From Candidatus Desulfaltia sp. (GTDB taxonomy: Bacteria > Desulfobacterota > Desulfobacteria > Desulfobacterales > ETH-SRB1), in contig JAUSPN010000106.1 of NCBI GenBank assembly GCA_030656555.1, positions 8,404-72,403 on the forward strand: a stretch of DNA of 64,000 bases, given 5' to 3'. The position numbers were made by a program, and so were the translations under genes. Shown here in pieces: positions 1 through 8,828 of the stretch. The notes under the pieces are model-generated. The model worked only from the letters and a program-made list of their open reading frames with translations. It did no database searches and was not told where the DNA came from. The first letter of the stretch is position 1, and each line of letters starts with the position of its first letter.

Positions 1-1110
1 TGTTTGTCCGGGCAGGCCGGCTAACAGATATGCGCCGACCTGATCTTTATTAAAACCCGCATTCTTCAGGCATGCAACAGCTTTCATAAATTCATCCTCG
101 GTTACCTTTTTGTCAAAATCCTTTCTTTTTTCAAAGGCGGCGGTTTCAAGCCCAAGACGCAGGGTTTTAAAGCCTGCTTTATACATCAGGTCTGCTGTCT
201 GATTTGAAATGCACTGGACATGGACGGCATTCGGGGTATGAAACCGCAGATTTATGCCTGTTTGAATTATTTTTTCCAGTATTGGAACAGCATGTTTTTC
301 AGCGTTTACAAGGAGCGCATCATCATAAAACACAAAATCGATTACACCATATTTTTCATGCCAGTAGCATATTTCTTCCACCACGGATTCCGGGGATCGC
401 AAAGCTCTTTTTGGATTTAAAAAATGTGATGCGCAGTAGGTGCAGGAAAATGGGCATCCTGTTGACGTGAGAATGGGGATATAGGAGATTTTTCTCTGGA
501 GGTTAAACGCAGGATAAGGATAAGTGTCAGGATTATCAGGGTTATATTTTGGGCTGACAGCAAAGCCTGTAAATTTTTCCGCCAGCTTGAGGATGTGTTG
601 AGCTGACTGACCGGTTATGACTTTGTCCGCACCTGAATGAAGCTCGGCGTGATCCTGGCAGAGAGTGGCATAAATACCACCAAGAACCACCAATGCGTTC
701 GGATATGTTTCTTTGATGATATCAACGGCATGCCGCACACCCTGATGCCAGTATGTCATAAGTGAAGTCACAAGAATAAGATCGGGTTTTGGTATGGACA
801 GGAGATCATCTCTGAACCATTCTTCCCTGATTCCGTATCTGGAATAGTTTCTGGATACATCCTCAAGACCGTCCGGTTTGGGAATCCTGGTTTTTAAATA
901 CGGCCCACGGCCGTATGTTGCATGAGGATCGGTTTTGACGGCTTTTTGATGAAACCTGTCAAGACAGTCAATATAGTAAACATTATATCCATGCAGGCGG
1001 AGGATGGAGGCAAGAGTGAGAAGTCCCATCGGCTTTGCCCAGAAGTCGTAAGCAGCAAAGTCGCAAATCCATGGATTTACAAGCAGAATATTTGGGGTGT
1101 CGTAATTCAC
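1..1110 (-). CDS. B12-binding-domain radical SAM protein (partial; C-terminus lies beyond the left edge)
   Basis: Absent from the ORF track because there is no stop in the window. Own minus-strand translation from GTG at 1110 gives VNYDTPNILLVNPWICDFAAYDFWAKPMGLLTLASILRLHGYNVYYIDCLD (Rossmann-like cobalamin-binding N-domain), then ILTSTGCPFSCTYCASH (CxxxCxxC radical-SAM motif, encoded about 430-460). The frame stays open to position 1. Confidence 0.75.
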   Translation of the reverse strand, partial: MNYDTPNILLVNPWICDFAAYDFWAKPMGLLTLASILRLHGYNVYYIDCLDRFHQKAVKTDPHATYGRGPYLKTRIPKPDGLEDVSRNYSRYGIREEWFRDDLLSIPKPDLILVTSLMTYWHQGVRHAVDIIKETYPNALVVLGGIYATLCQDHAELHSGADKVITGQSAQHILKLAEKFTGFAVSPKYNPDNPDTYPYPAFNLQRKISYIPILTSTGCPFSCTYCASHFLNPKRALRSPESVVEEICYWHEKYGVIDFVFYDDALLVNAEKHAVPILEKIIQTGINLRFHTPNAVHVQCISNQTADLMYKAGFKTLRLGLETAAFEKRKDFDKKVTEDEFMKAVACLKNAGFNKDQVGAYLLAGLPGQT

Positions 1111-1185
1111 GAATAATAGAACATAAAAAAGCCCTTAATCTCTGCGTTCTTTGCGGCTTTGCGGTGAGATATAGCGGGAATAAAG

Positions 1186-1668
1186 TCAGCTTTCATTACC
1201 ATGCGGAAAGTATTCCATTGAGATTTTTTTCAATTCCTCGCGGCTGAAAAGGAGTGTATATGTATCGACCGAGGTTTCTTTCGACATCTTTATCGCCATT
1301 TTCCTGCAGGACTCTTCATCTCTGGCGTGAATCATGGTGTATAGATTGTATGGCCAATCGCCATTGGGGTTTCTCCTGTAACAATGTGAAACCTGCCTGA
1401 AAGAAGCCATCTTTTTTCCGACTTCATCTATCTGTTTTTCGTCAACCTTCCAGGCTACCATGGCGTTTGCTTTAAACCCTGATTTCTGGTGCCGTATAGT
1501 TGCGCCAAAACGCCTTATTACCCCCCTGTCGCAAAGATCTTTCAGCTTTTCCAGAAAAGTATTTTCTGAAATACCTAATTGCTCTGCGATTTCGAGATAC
1601 GGCTGCTTTGTAATGGGAATGTCGCCCTGAATCGAGGCCAGGATCATTTTTTCAAGTTTTGTCAGCAT
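1186..1668 (-). CDS. Lrp/AsnC-like siroheme decarboxylase subunit (AhbA/AhbB, NirD/L/G/H family)
   Basis: 160 aa. N-terminal HTH-like LEKMILASIQGDIPITKQPYLEIAEQLGISE and RGVIRRFGATI, then VSHCYRR...WPYNLYTMIHA, the pattern typical of alternative-haem-pathway decarboxylase subunits. Confidence 0.65.
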   Translation of the reverse strand: MLTKLEKMILASIQGDIPITKQPYLEIAEQLGISENTFLEKLKDLCDRGVIRRFGATIRHQKSGFKANAMVAWKVDEKQIDEVGKKMASFRQVSHCYRRNPNGDWPYNLYTMIHARDEESCRKMAIKMSKETSVDTYTLLFSREELKKISMEYFPHGNES

Positions 1669-1699
1669 ATCAAATTTTAAATATTTATATAAAGCAATG

Positions 1700-2830
1700 T
1701 CAAGTACTTTTAGATTCGGGAAACATGTTGTTTATATCATGCTCTGTTGCCTTGCATATACCTTTTTCGGTAATCAAACCTGTTACAAGTCTTGCAGGCG
1801 TGACATCAAAAGCAAAGTTTGCGGCAGGGCTGCTTTCAGGGGTAATCAGAACGCTTTTTATCGCTCCCTGGTCAAAGCCCTGCACATACCTTATTTCATC
1901 AGGATCACGCATTTCTATAGGTATCTCTTTTAACCCGTCTTTTAAGTTCCAGTCAAAGGCGCTGGAAGGAAGGGCAACATAAAAAGGGACATTGTTATCC
2001 CTGGCTGCCAGCGCTTTAAGATATGTTCCGATTTTATTGGCAACATCGCCGGTGCGGGTAGTTCTGTCAGAACCCACAATTACAATATCCACCATGCCGT
2101 GCTGCATGAGATGGCCGCCCGCATTATCAGTAATTACAGTATGTTTTACACCTTGCTTACCGAGTTCCCATGCTGTCAGTCTTGAACCCTGATTCAGCGG
2201 TCTTGTCTCGTCCACCCATACATGGATGTCTATGCCTTTTTCAAATGCAGCATAGATCGGAGCGGTAGCAGTTCCATATTCTACACAGGCGAGCCATCCT
2301 GCATTGCAATGGGTGAGAATGTTGACGGTTTGATTATCTTTTCTGCGGCTTATCTCTGCAATCAGGTTCAGGCCGTTTTCACCTATTTTCTTGCAGTTTT
2401 CGACCTCTGTTTCGACGATTCTTTCAGCCTCATTAAGGGCTGCTTTAATTTTTCCAGATGATGTTTTTGCTTTGAGTGTTTCAGCTAAAACCTTATCAAC
2501 AGCCCAGGTAAGATTTATCGCTGTAGGCCTTGCAGATTTTATCCTTTTACACTCTTTTATCAGAAAATCGTTGCTTGCTGGTTTATCTTCAGCATTTAAG
2601 GCGGCGAGGTAAACCCCGTATGCTGCTGTAACACCTATCAGGGGGGCGCCTCTCACACATGTTTCCTTTATAGCGTTTATGACATCATCGACACTTTTAA
2701 GCTCCGCAACCATAAACCGGTGTGGAAGAAGTCTCTGGTCAATTACCTTGATAACCTTTAAATTTTGACTCAGCCATATCGGCCGTATATGTTTACTACA
2801 GATTTTTTCTTGCTTTGGCAATATCGTCAA
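1700..2830 (-). CDS. mtnA: S-methyl-5-thioribose-1-phosphate isomerase (eIF-2B alpha/beta/delta family)
   Basis: 376 aa. Motifs VIDQRLLPHR, RGAPLIGVTAAYG, RPTAINL, LTHCNAG, GSDRTTRTGDVANKIGTY. Confidence 0.85.
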   Translation of the reverse strand: MTILPKQEKICSKHIRPIWLSQNLKVIKVIDQRLLPHRFMVAELKSVDDVINAIKETCVRGAPLIGVTAAYGVYLAALNAEDKPASNDFLIKECKRIKSARPTAINLTWAVDKVLAETLKAKTSSGKIKAALNEAERIVETEVENCKKIGENGLNLIAEISRRKDNQTVNILTHCNAGWLACVEYGTATAPIYAAFEKGIDIHVWVDETRPLNQGSRLTAWELGKQGVKHTVITDNAGGHLMQHGMVDIVIVGSDRTTRTGDVANKIGTYLKALAARDNNVPFYVALPSSAFDWNLKDGLKEIPIEMRDPDEIRYVQGFDQGAIKSVLITPESSPAANFAFDVTPARLVTGLITEKGICKATEHDINNMFPESKST

Positions 2831-3800
2831 CCCTTCCCATTACTATTAATATCATTCCTTCTTTCAGTATCTGTGAAGAGGGAGGATTAAATTCAATTTC
2901 TTCAGAATTCTGTTTTGAACCTAAAACCAGCAAATTGAATTTGTCATTGATGCCTGATTCGCTGATTTTTTTCCCCCCAGCGCTTGAGTGCGCTGAAACG
3001 GTTATTTGATGGATTCTTAAATCCTGTTTTCTGCTACGAAGCATGCTGTCAAGAAAATCAACGGCAGCGGGACGGATCATTTCAGATGCCATGCGGAGCG
3101 CACCGATAAAATTCGGCGATACAACGCTGTCTGCTCCGGCCTTTTTGAGTTTCGGGATCAGCTTCTGATTTGTCATTCTGCTTATTATCCGTATGTTTTT
3201 GTTTAACATTCGCGCGGTCATTGTAATATAAAGGTTGTCCTTGTCTGAAGGAAGGGCGATGATAATGCCGGCAGCTCTTTCAATCCCTGCGGCTAAAAGA
3301 TTCTGATCATCTGTGGCATCTCCTTTAATATACATCAGGTTTTCTATCTTGCTGCACCGCTCAATATTCTTTTCATCAAGTTCTACCAGAACAACCTGCT
3401 CACGGTTTTTGACAAGTTCGTCAATTAAAGGGCATCCTGTTTCGCCGCCGCCGCATACGATATAATGGTTATTTAATTTCTTTATCTGTTTATCCATCTG
3501 TTTTTTCCTTAATATCCCGGAGATATCTCCCTCAACCAGCAATGCTGTCATGCTGCTTATGCCATAGAGCAGGATCCCCATCCCAAAAGTGATGAGAATC
3601 ATGGTAAATATCTGCGCATAGGCATTGCCTGTAACCTGGATAATCTCACCGTAACCAACGCTGGTTAATGAAATTACCGTCATGAATATACAATCTATGA
3701 ACTTTTTTCCATCAAATAGAAAATAATAGCCTGTGCTTCCTGCCGATATTACAACAAAAATGGCAATCAGTACAAAATATAATCTTTTTTTAATATTCAT
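2796..3800 (-). CDS. Potassium channel with C-terminal RCK/TrkA-N NAD-binding domain
   Basis: 334 aa with two TM helices flanking the selectivity filter TSVGYGE. Followed by a Rossmann motif IVCGGGETG and an RCK-like domain. Confidence 0.8.
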   Translation of the reverse strand: MNIKKRLYFVLIAIFVVISAGSTGYYFLFDGKKFIDCIFMTVISLTSVGYGEIIQVTGNAYAQIFTMILITFGMGILLYGISSMTALLVEGDISGILRKKQMDKQIKKLNNHYIVCGGGETGCPLIDELVKNREQVVLVELDEKNIERCSKIENLMYIKGDATDDQNLLAAGIERAAGIIIALPSDKDNLYITMTARMLNKNIRIISRMTNQKLIPKLKKAGADSVVSPNFIGALRMASEMIRPAAVDFLDSMLRSRKQDLRIHQITVSAHSSAGGKKISESGINDKFNLLVLGSKQNSEEIEFNPPSSQILKEGMILIVMGRVDDIAKARKNL

Positions 3801-4399
3801 CGAAAAATTAATTCTTTTGCAGCAGTAAAACCAAGCTCAAAAGCCTTTAAATTAGATTCCACAAAACTTTTTTTTGTTTTTGTTTGTATTGCCTTTTTAA
3901 CACTGTCTGCCGACAATGGCAGGATGCCTGTTTGGATCAGCGCTCCCAATAAAACAATGTTAACCGACAGAATACTGCCCGCCCGTTGTGCAAGATCAGC
4001 GGCATTAAAGGCGATAAGATGTTTAGTCTTGGATCGGATCAAATCCTGCAGTTTATCCAGATCAGGATAAACACTTTTTCCAAGAGCTACAGTAAATGGG
4101 GGAAGACAGGAAAGGCTGGTAATAACAACTGTGTTGGGATTGCACTTGTTCAGGGCTCTGAGCGTTTCTGAGGGTTCAAACCCCACAAGCACATCTGCCT
4201 CGCCGTCGGATATTATACTGCTTTTTGCGCTGCCGAACACAACGGCGGATTCAACTACGCCGCCTCTTTGGGCCATGCCGTGTATTTCACTCATGCGAAC
4301 CGGAACGCCGGAAAGGAGGGCCGCTTCTCCAAGCACCTTTGAAGCAAGCAGATTTCCCTGCCCGCCAACCGCCACTATAATTAATTTTGTTGAATTCAT
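3797..4399 (-). CDS. 2-oxoacid:ferredoxin oxidoreductase gamma-type subunit (indolepyruvate oxidoreductase beta, IorB-like)
   Basis: 200 aa. N-terminus KLIIVAVGGQGNLLASKVLGEAALLSG...EIHGMAQRGGVV is typical of IorB/POR-gamma. It overlaps the downstream channel gene by 4 nt. No iorA lies upstream. Confidence 0.7.
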   Translation of the reverse strand: MNSTKLIIVAVGGQGNLLASKVLGEAALLSGVPVRMSEIHGMAQRGGVVESAVVFGSAKSSIISDGEADVLVGFEPSETLRALNKCNPNTVVITSLSCLPPFTVALGKSVYPDLDKLQDLIRSKTKHLIAFNAADLAQRAGSILSVNIVLLGALIQTGILPLSADSVKKAIQTKTKKSFVESNLKAFELGFTAAKELIFR

Positions 4400-4812
4400 A
4401 ACCTTAGTCCTGTTTTTCTGTGGTTATTTAAGGCTTCCCTTTCATGATATCATTGCAGGCGTCTATTTCTTTTTATTTTATAATAATTATACGGTGTCAC
4501 TACTCGTATTGCAAGTTTTTCCTTTTTTCCATAAATATATTGACTCCTATAAGCTCCTCCAATTAAAAATACAAAAAGCCTGCTCGATTTTTAATCTCCA
4601 TAATGGTATAGAGTGTTTCAATAAAGGGGTAATTTTGAGGATATCCCTTAAATTTCATGAAGGCATAGAGTTTATTGCGCATAGTAAGAGCTCGACATGC
4701 TGGTTGCTGCCCTGTGTTTCGAGAGCAGAAAATTATAGTGCAGAGGAGTATATCTTGATATTTTATTTATTGTCCGTTATATAATTATTAAATTTATTAT
4801 ATTATTATAATC

Positions 4813-5391
4813 ATGGAGAAAAAATACATGAAAAACTATTTTGCGGTAATATTATGTCTTGCGCTTCTGGTAATCGGTTCTGGATGTGCTACCATTTATG
4901 GTACAGCCGTGGATGAACGCAATGTACGCACAGTGGCCGGCGACATAAAAATTAAGACCACGATCCTGCAAAAATTTATCGAAGACGATGTTGTTAAAAC
5001 TTTTGCTATTGATATAGCCTGCTATTATGGCCATGTTTACTTAATCGGTGAATATGATGCGGAAAAACAAAAAAACAGAGCCATTAAAATTGCCGGGAAT
5101 GTTGAAGGGGTAAAAGATGTAACCACTTATCTTCTCGAAAAGAAAGATGGTGATCCATGCGGAACAACGGACAATCTTGCCATTAAAGCCAAGATTAAAG
5201 CCAAACTCATCAAGGATGAGAATGTCTGGTCAACCAATATCGACGTAACAGTTGTTCAGTGCAATGTGGTATTTGTTGGTCTTGTAGGATCAGATAAGGA
5301 GATAGGGAAGATTATTGCTCATGGTAAAAGTATAGGAGGGGTTCGAAGCGTCAAATCTTTCCTGAAGGTAGCGCCGCATCATAATCAATAA
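4813..5391 (+). CDS. BON-domain lipoprotein (OsmY/DolP-like)
   Basis: 192 aa. Lipobox VIGSGC. Two BON-like repeats (VYLIGEYDAEKQKNRAIKIAGNVEGVKDV; VVFVGLVGSDKEIGKIIAHGKSIGGVRSV). Confidence 0.7.
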   Translation: MEKKYMKNYFAVILCLALLVIGSGCATIYGTAVDERNVRTVAGDIKIKTTILQKFIEDDVVKTFAIDIACYYGHVYLIGEYDAEKQKNRAIKIAGNVEGVKDVTTYLLEKKDGDPCGTTDNLAIKAKIKAKLIKDENVWSTNIDVTVVQCNVVFVGLVGSDKEIGKIIAHGKSIGGVRSVKSFLKVAPHHNQ

Positions 5392-5420
5392 AAATCCCCT
5401 AACAAAAAAAGGAGGGCATT

Positions 5421-6662
5421 ATGTACAGGAAAAAGCATCTTTTATGTGGCATTATGTTTGTTGGCGTTTTATCGCTGACAGGCTGCGGCAGTTTTGGCCT
5501 TATAAAGGCTGATATAAAGATGAGCCAAAAGAATTACGATGAAGCCATAGGCCTTTATCAGGAGTATCTTGCCAAAAAGCCTGAAACCGCGTGGGTAAGG
5601 AGCAGGCTGGGTTTTGCCTATTTGAAGAAAGGCTTGATGGATAAATCTATCGAAGAGTTTAAGAAAGTGCTTCAGGCTGAACCCGGCGAACCTTATGCTG
5701 TTTTATATCTGGGCATGGCCTATTTAAATAAGGATAGGTTCGACAAGGCCATAGAAACATGGCAGATTTACAGGAATAAAGAGCAGCCGCTGGTTGAGGA
5801 AGAAATCAGGCGTCTTTCAACCCTGGTGCAAATTGCAGCAAGCCAGCGAGACGCTAAAAAGGCTCTGGCGGCAGAAAAAACCCTTATGACCATTAAGCCG
5901 GCTGTAAACAGTGTGGCGGTATGTTATTTTCAGGATCTTTCTCCGAACAAGAGTTTGCGTGGTTTTCAAAAAGGGCTGGCCGCAATGGTGATTACCGATT
6001 TGTCTAAAATTAAATCGCTTAAGATCGTTGAACGAATACGTTTACAGGCCCTTCTTTCAGAGATGAAACTTGGCCAGACCGGAATAGTTGAGCAGAATAC
6101 AGCACCCAGGGTCGGCAGACTGCTGGGAGCGGAAAACTTGATTGTAGGGAACCTGACACTGGGCAGCATTCATGCAACCACCTCTTTGACATCATCGGAA
6201 GCAGGAGAGATCAAGGGCACCAGTTCGGTTACAGTGGAAAAGGAAAAATTCTATGAATTACCCATTGCCATAGTAAAGGATATAGCCAGGATTCTTGGGA
6301 TTACACTGACCACGGAGGAAAGCAAGGCTATAGGCATACCGCATACAACTGTTTACAATGCTTTTATCTATTATGGAGAGGCGCTTGATGCTATGGATGC
6401 CGGTAATTGGGAGGAAGCCAAGGATTTATTTGCCAAGGCCGTAAAAGAGGACCCGAAATTCGATATGGCTATAGATGGCAGCAGCTCTTGCCCTGGCGCT
6501 TCGTCACCTGACATTGGCGCATTAGCCAGCTTGACGGCAGCTCAGATGGCGAGCCATGCTGAGTTGTCTATTGATGAAGCCGAAGCTGCACAAGAAGCAG
6601 CTGATGAAGCAGCCGCGTCAACGGCGGCCAGCGGCGGCAATGGCGGCAATGGCGGCCACTAG
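5421..6662 (+). CDS. TPR + CsgG/TolB-N-like lipoprotein with Ala/Gly-rich tail
   Basis: 413 aa. Lipobox LSLTGCGS. N-terminal TPR block. Central VAVCYFQDLS...GLAAMVITDLSKIKSLKIVERIRLQALLSEMKLGQTG...AENLIVGNL resembles the CsgG N-domain. C-terminal TPR and a GGNGGNGG tail. Confidence 0.6.
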   Translation: MYRKKHLLCGIMFVGVLSLTGCGSFGLIKADIKMSQKNYDEAIGLYQEYLAKKPETAWVRSRLGFAYLKKGLMDKSIEEFKKVLQAEPGEPYAVLYLGMAYLNKDRFDKAIETWQIYRNKEQPLVEEEIRRLSTLVQIAASQRDAKKALAAEKTLMTIKPAVNSVAVCYFQDLSPNKSLRGFQKGLAAMVITDLSKIKSLKIVERIRLQALLSEMKLGQTGIVEQNTAPRVGRLLGAENLIVGNLTLGSIHATTSLTSSEAGEIKGTSSVTVEKEKFYELPIAIVKDIARILGITLTTEESKAIGIPHTTVYNAFIYYGEALDAMDAGNWEEAKDLFAKAVKEDPKFDMAIDGSSSCPGASSPDIGALASLTAAQMASHAELSIDEAEAAQEAADEAAASTAASGGNGGNGGH

Positions 6663-6712
6663 GCAAATAGAGGAGTCAGGTAGACTCCATAAAAAACAAT
6701 AAAGGTATTTTC

Positions 6713-7420
6713 ATGAAAAGGTTCAACCTTGTTGCGATCCTGGCAGTTTTTTGTATTGTATTAGGATGCGCCGATTCTTTGAGGGCTGAAGAAAGATCAG
6801 AATCAGCCGGGCTTGACCAGGTTCCAAAGACTCTGGCTGTTTTGCCTTTTGAAAACAATTCGGTGACAGATCCGGATCTGTTTGCTCCATTAAGCAAGGG
6901 GCTTTCCGCCATGCTTATCTCAGATCTAAACAAAAGCGGCAGCGCTTTAAAGTTAATTGAACGCGGTAAGATACAAGCCCTGCTGAAAGAAATTGCTTTA
7001 AGCCAGACAGGAAGCGTGGACGAGGCTACGGCTATCAGGGCAGGCAAGATTTTAGGCGCTCAGGCCATAGCCTTTGGTTCCTTTATGGTTTTTGGGAAAA
7101 CTGTCCGTATTGACACAAGAATCATAAACGTTGAAACCAGCGAACTTATAATGGCTGAATCAATTCTTGGTAATATCGACAATTTCATGAGCCTGGAGCA
7201 AGCCCTGGCAGAAAAGATTGCTGTTTCTCTTAAGATGGCTTTAATCTTTAAAATCGGCAAGGCTGAAAGTAGTATTAATGCTGCTCTGTATTTTTCAAAA
7301 GGGCTGGATGCTTTGGATAGAAATGACAGGGCACAGGCCAGAGAATTATTTAAAAAGAGCATAGAAATAGACTCGGCATATAAGCAACAGGTCGATAATG
7401 TGCAAGGATTAAATCAATGA
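6713..7420 (+). CDS. CsgG/HfaB-like lipoprotein
   Basis: 235 aa. Lipobox VLGC. LAVLPFENNS...GLSAMLISDLNKSGSALKLIERGKIQALLKEIALSQTG...AQAIAFGSF parallels E. coli CsgG (ATAMLVTALK...LERQGLQNLLNERKI...ANIMVEGSI). The stop overlaps the next start (ATGA). Confidence 0.6.
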   Translation: MKRFNLVAILAVFCIVLGCADSLRAEERSESAGLDQVPKTLAVLPFENNSVTDPDLFAPLSKGLSAMLISDLNKSGSALKLIERGKIQALLKEIALSQTGSVDEATAIRAGKILGAQAIAFGSFMVFGKTVRIDTRIINVETSELIMAESILGNIDNFMSLEQALAEKIAVSLKMALIFKIGKAESSINAALYFSKGLDALDRNDRAQARELFKKSIEIDSAYKQQVDNVQGLNQ

Positions 7421-8544
7421 ACAGATTCTTATCAATTATAGCAATGCTGGCCATAGTGTTTGCCTGTACAACAGGCGCTATTGCATCAGAAAAAGTAGTT
7501 GAAGTTGAGGGAAGCAGCTTTGCTTCCAAAGATGATGCCATACGTCAGGCTCAGCGTTCGGCCGTAGAGCTGGCTGTTGGGGTCTTTATCCACTCTAAAA
7601 CCGAGGTGGAAAATTTTGCAATAAAAAAAGACAGGATTATGTCTCGAACACAGGGCTATATCACCCGTTTCACAATCCTTAGGGAAGAAAAGGCTGAAGG
7701 CCTTTACACTGTCAGGTTAAGCGCAACTGTTTCAATGGACAAAATAAAAGACGATCTTTTGGCCATGAGAATTCTGCTTGACAGCATGGAGCGGCCAAGG
7801 CTTATGATTTTAATAGAAGAAGAATATATCGGCATGGACCATGTCGGCATGTGTTTAGCCGAAACCGAAATATCCTCCCTGATCGCGGCCAAGGGTTTTG
7901 ATCTTGTTGACAGGGCGCAGATTGAGAAGATAAAGAGCCTTGACCAAAGCAGACAGGCTTTAGCCGGAAATATCGCCGCAGCCAAAAGACTGGGATTGGA
8001 CTTTGGATCTCAGTATGTGATAGTGGGCAAGGCCGTAGTTGAAGACATCGGCGAGGCTTATCCGGGTTCCGGCCTTAAATCGCTTCAGGCGAGTCTCCAG
8101 CTAAAAGTAATTCAAACCCAGACAGGGCTTTTATTAGGTTCCATAGTAAAAAATGGGATTTCCGTCCATATCAGTCCACTGACCGGCGCAGGCAAATCTC
8201 TGAAGATAGCGGCCCAAAAGGCTGTTGACGAATACCTGGTTGATACCATTACAAACTCTTTTCAGGAGTTTCTTAATAACGGCGCCCCCCTTAAACTGCA
8301 TATAACCGGCGTAACATCCTTTCAGCAATACAAATTGATTGTATCTAATATTGAAATTATGGACAAAGTTGTAAGCAGCAAAAAGGAAGGCTGGAATAAA
8401 ACCGGGGGGCTGCTGGCGCTGGATCTGCGCTTTAAGGGTACGAGTGAAGAGCTTGCCGAACTTTTGGATGGCTTGAATCTTGGCAAAAACAGGCTTGAAG
8501 TGGTTGATTTTGCGCCGGACAGAGTTGACTGTAAGTTGCGATAA
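7417..8544 (+). CDS. FlgT-like three-domain periplasmic protein (LPP20/FlgT_N-like N-domain)
   Basis: 375 aa with a signal/lipobox (IVFAC). DDAIRQAQRSAVELAVGVFIHSKTEVENFAIKKDRIMSRTQGYITRF fits the LPP20/FlgT_N pattern. Paralogue of 8829..10016. Confidence 0.55.
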   Translation: MNRFLSIIAMLAIVFACTTGAIASEKVVEVEGSSFASKDDAIRQAQRSAVELAVGVFIHSKTEVENFAIKKDRIMSRTQGYITRFTILREEKAEGLYTVRLSATVSMDKIKDDLLAMRILLDSMERPRLMILIEEEYIGMDHVGMCLAETEISSLIAAKGFDLVDRAQIEKIKSLDQSRQALAGNIAAAKRLGLDFGSQYVIVGKAVVEDIGEAYPGSGLKSLQASLQLKVIQTQTGLLLGSIVKNGISVHISPLTGAGKSLKIAAQKAVDEYLVDTITNSFQEFLNNGAPLKLHITGVTSFQQYKLIVSNIEIMDKVVSSKKEGWNKTGGLLALDLRFKGTSEELAELLDGLNLGKNRLEVVDFAPDRVDCKLR

Positions 8545-8548
8545 CAAG

Positions 8549-8756
8549 CAACCGTTCACGGTTATCGGTTCACAGTTCACAGTTTAAAACGGTTACCGGT
8601 TTACGGTTAACTGTAAATTTATAAAGATGTACTGATAACCTGCAAGATTTTCCTCAAACTTCTAAATCTTCAAAAGAGAACCATATAATTCTCCTTTACC
8701 TTCTGTTTTTTTCAACCGTGAACCGATAACTGTAAACCGTGAACGGTTACGATAAC
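8549..8756. repeat. Long imperfect palindrome with low-complexity arms (GTTCAC/GGTTA tandem units) around a core of about 95 bp
   Basis: Left arm aaccgttcacggttatcggttcacagttcacagtt... Right arm caaccgtgaaccgataactgtaaaccgtgaacggttacgataac is its approximate reverse complement. Sits between convergent genes. Confidence 0.7.
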
Positions 8757-8775
8757 AAAAAGGCCGAATTAACCT

Positions 8776-8819
8776 TTCAGGTTAGTTAGGCTATAGACCT
8801 TTAGCCTAACTAACCTGAA
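8776..8819. terminator. Perfect 17-bp stem hairpin between convergent operons
   Basis: ttcaggttagttaggct (8776-8792) pairs with agcctaactaacctgaa (8803-8819) across a 10-nt loop, 10 nt from the stop of 8829..10016. No clean U-tract. Confidence 0.5.
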
Positions 8820-8828
8820 TAATTACAG

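Noticed and set aside
1139-1170. The motif ctctgcgt..t..gcggctttgcggtga is shared by 1139-1168 and 42094-42120, the latter preceded by a 13-bp-stem hairpin at 42050-42082. It was considered as a regulatory box.
   Set aside because: Only two short copies are present, in unrelated contexts. It is more likely another member of the genome's intergenic repeat repertoire, and there is no basis for a specific function.
4131-4784. A 217-aa plus-strand ORF spanning the iorB antisense region and the AT-rich gap.
   Set aside because: The first half is antisense to a well-supported gene. The second half is low-complexity AT-rich sequence with no RBS and no recognisable motif.
6600-6662. The Ala/Gly-rich tail (AAASTAASGGNGGNGGH) of the 5421 protein and the poly-Gly tail at 45897-45960, considered as sorting signals.
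   Set aside because: They are low-complexity sequences without a recognisable sorting motif (no LPXTG, PEP-CTERM or similar).
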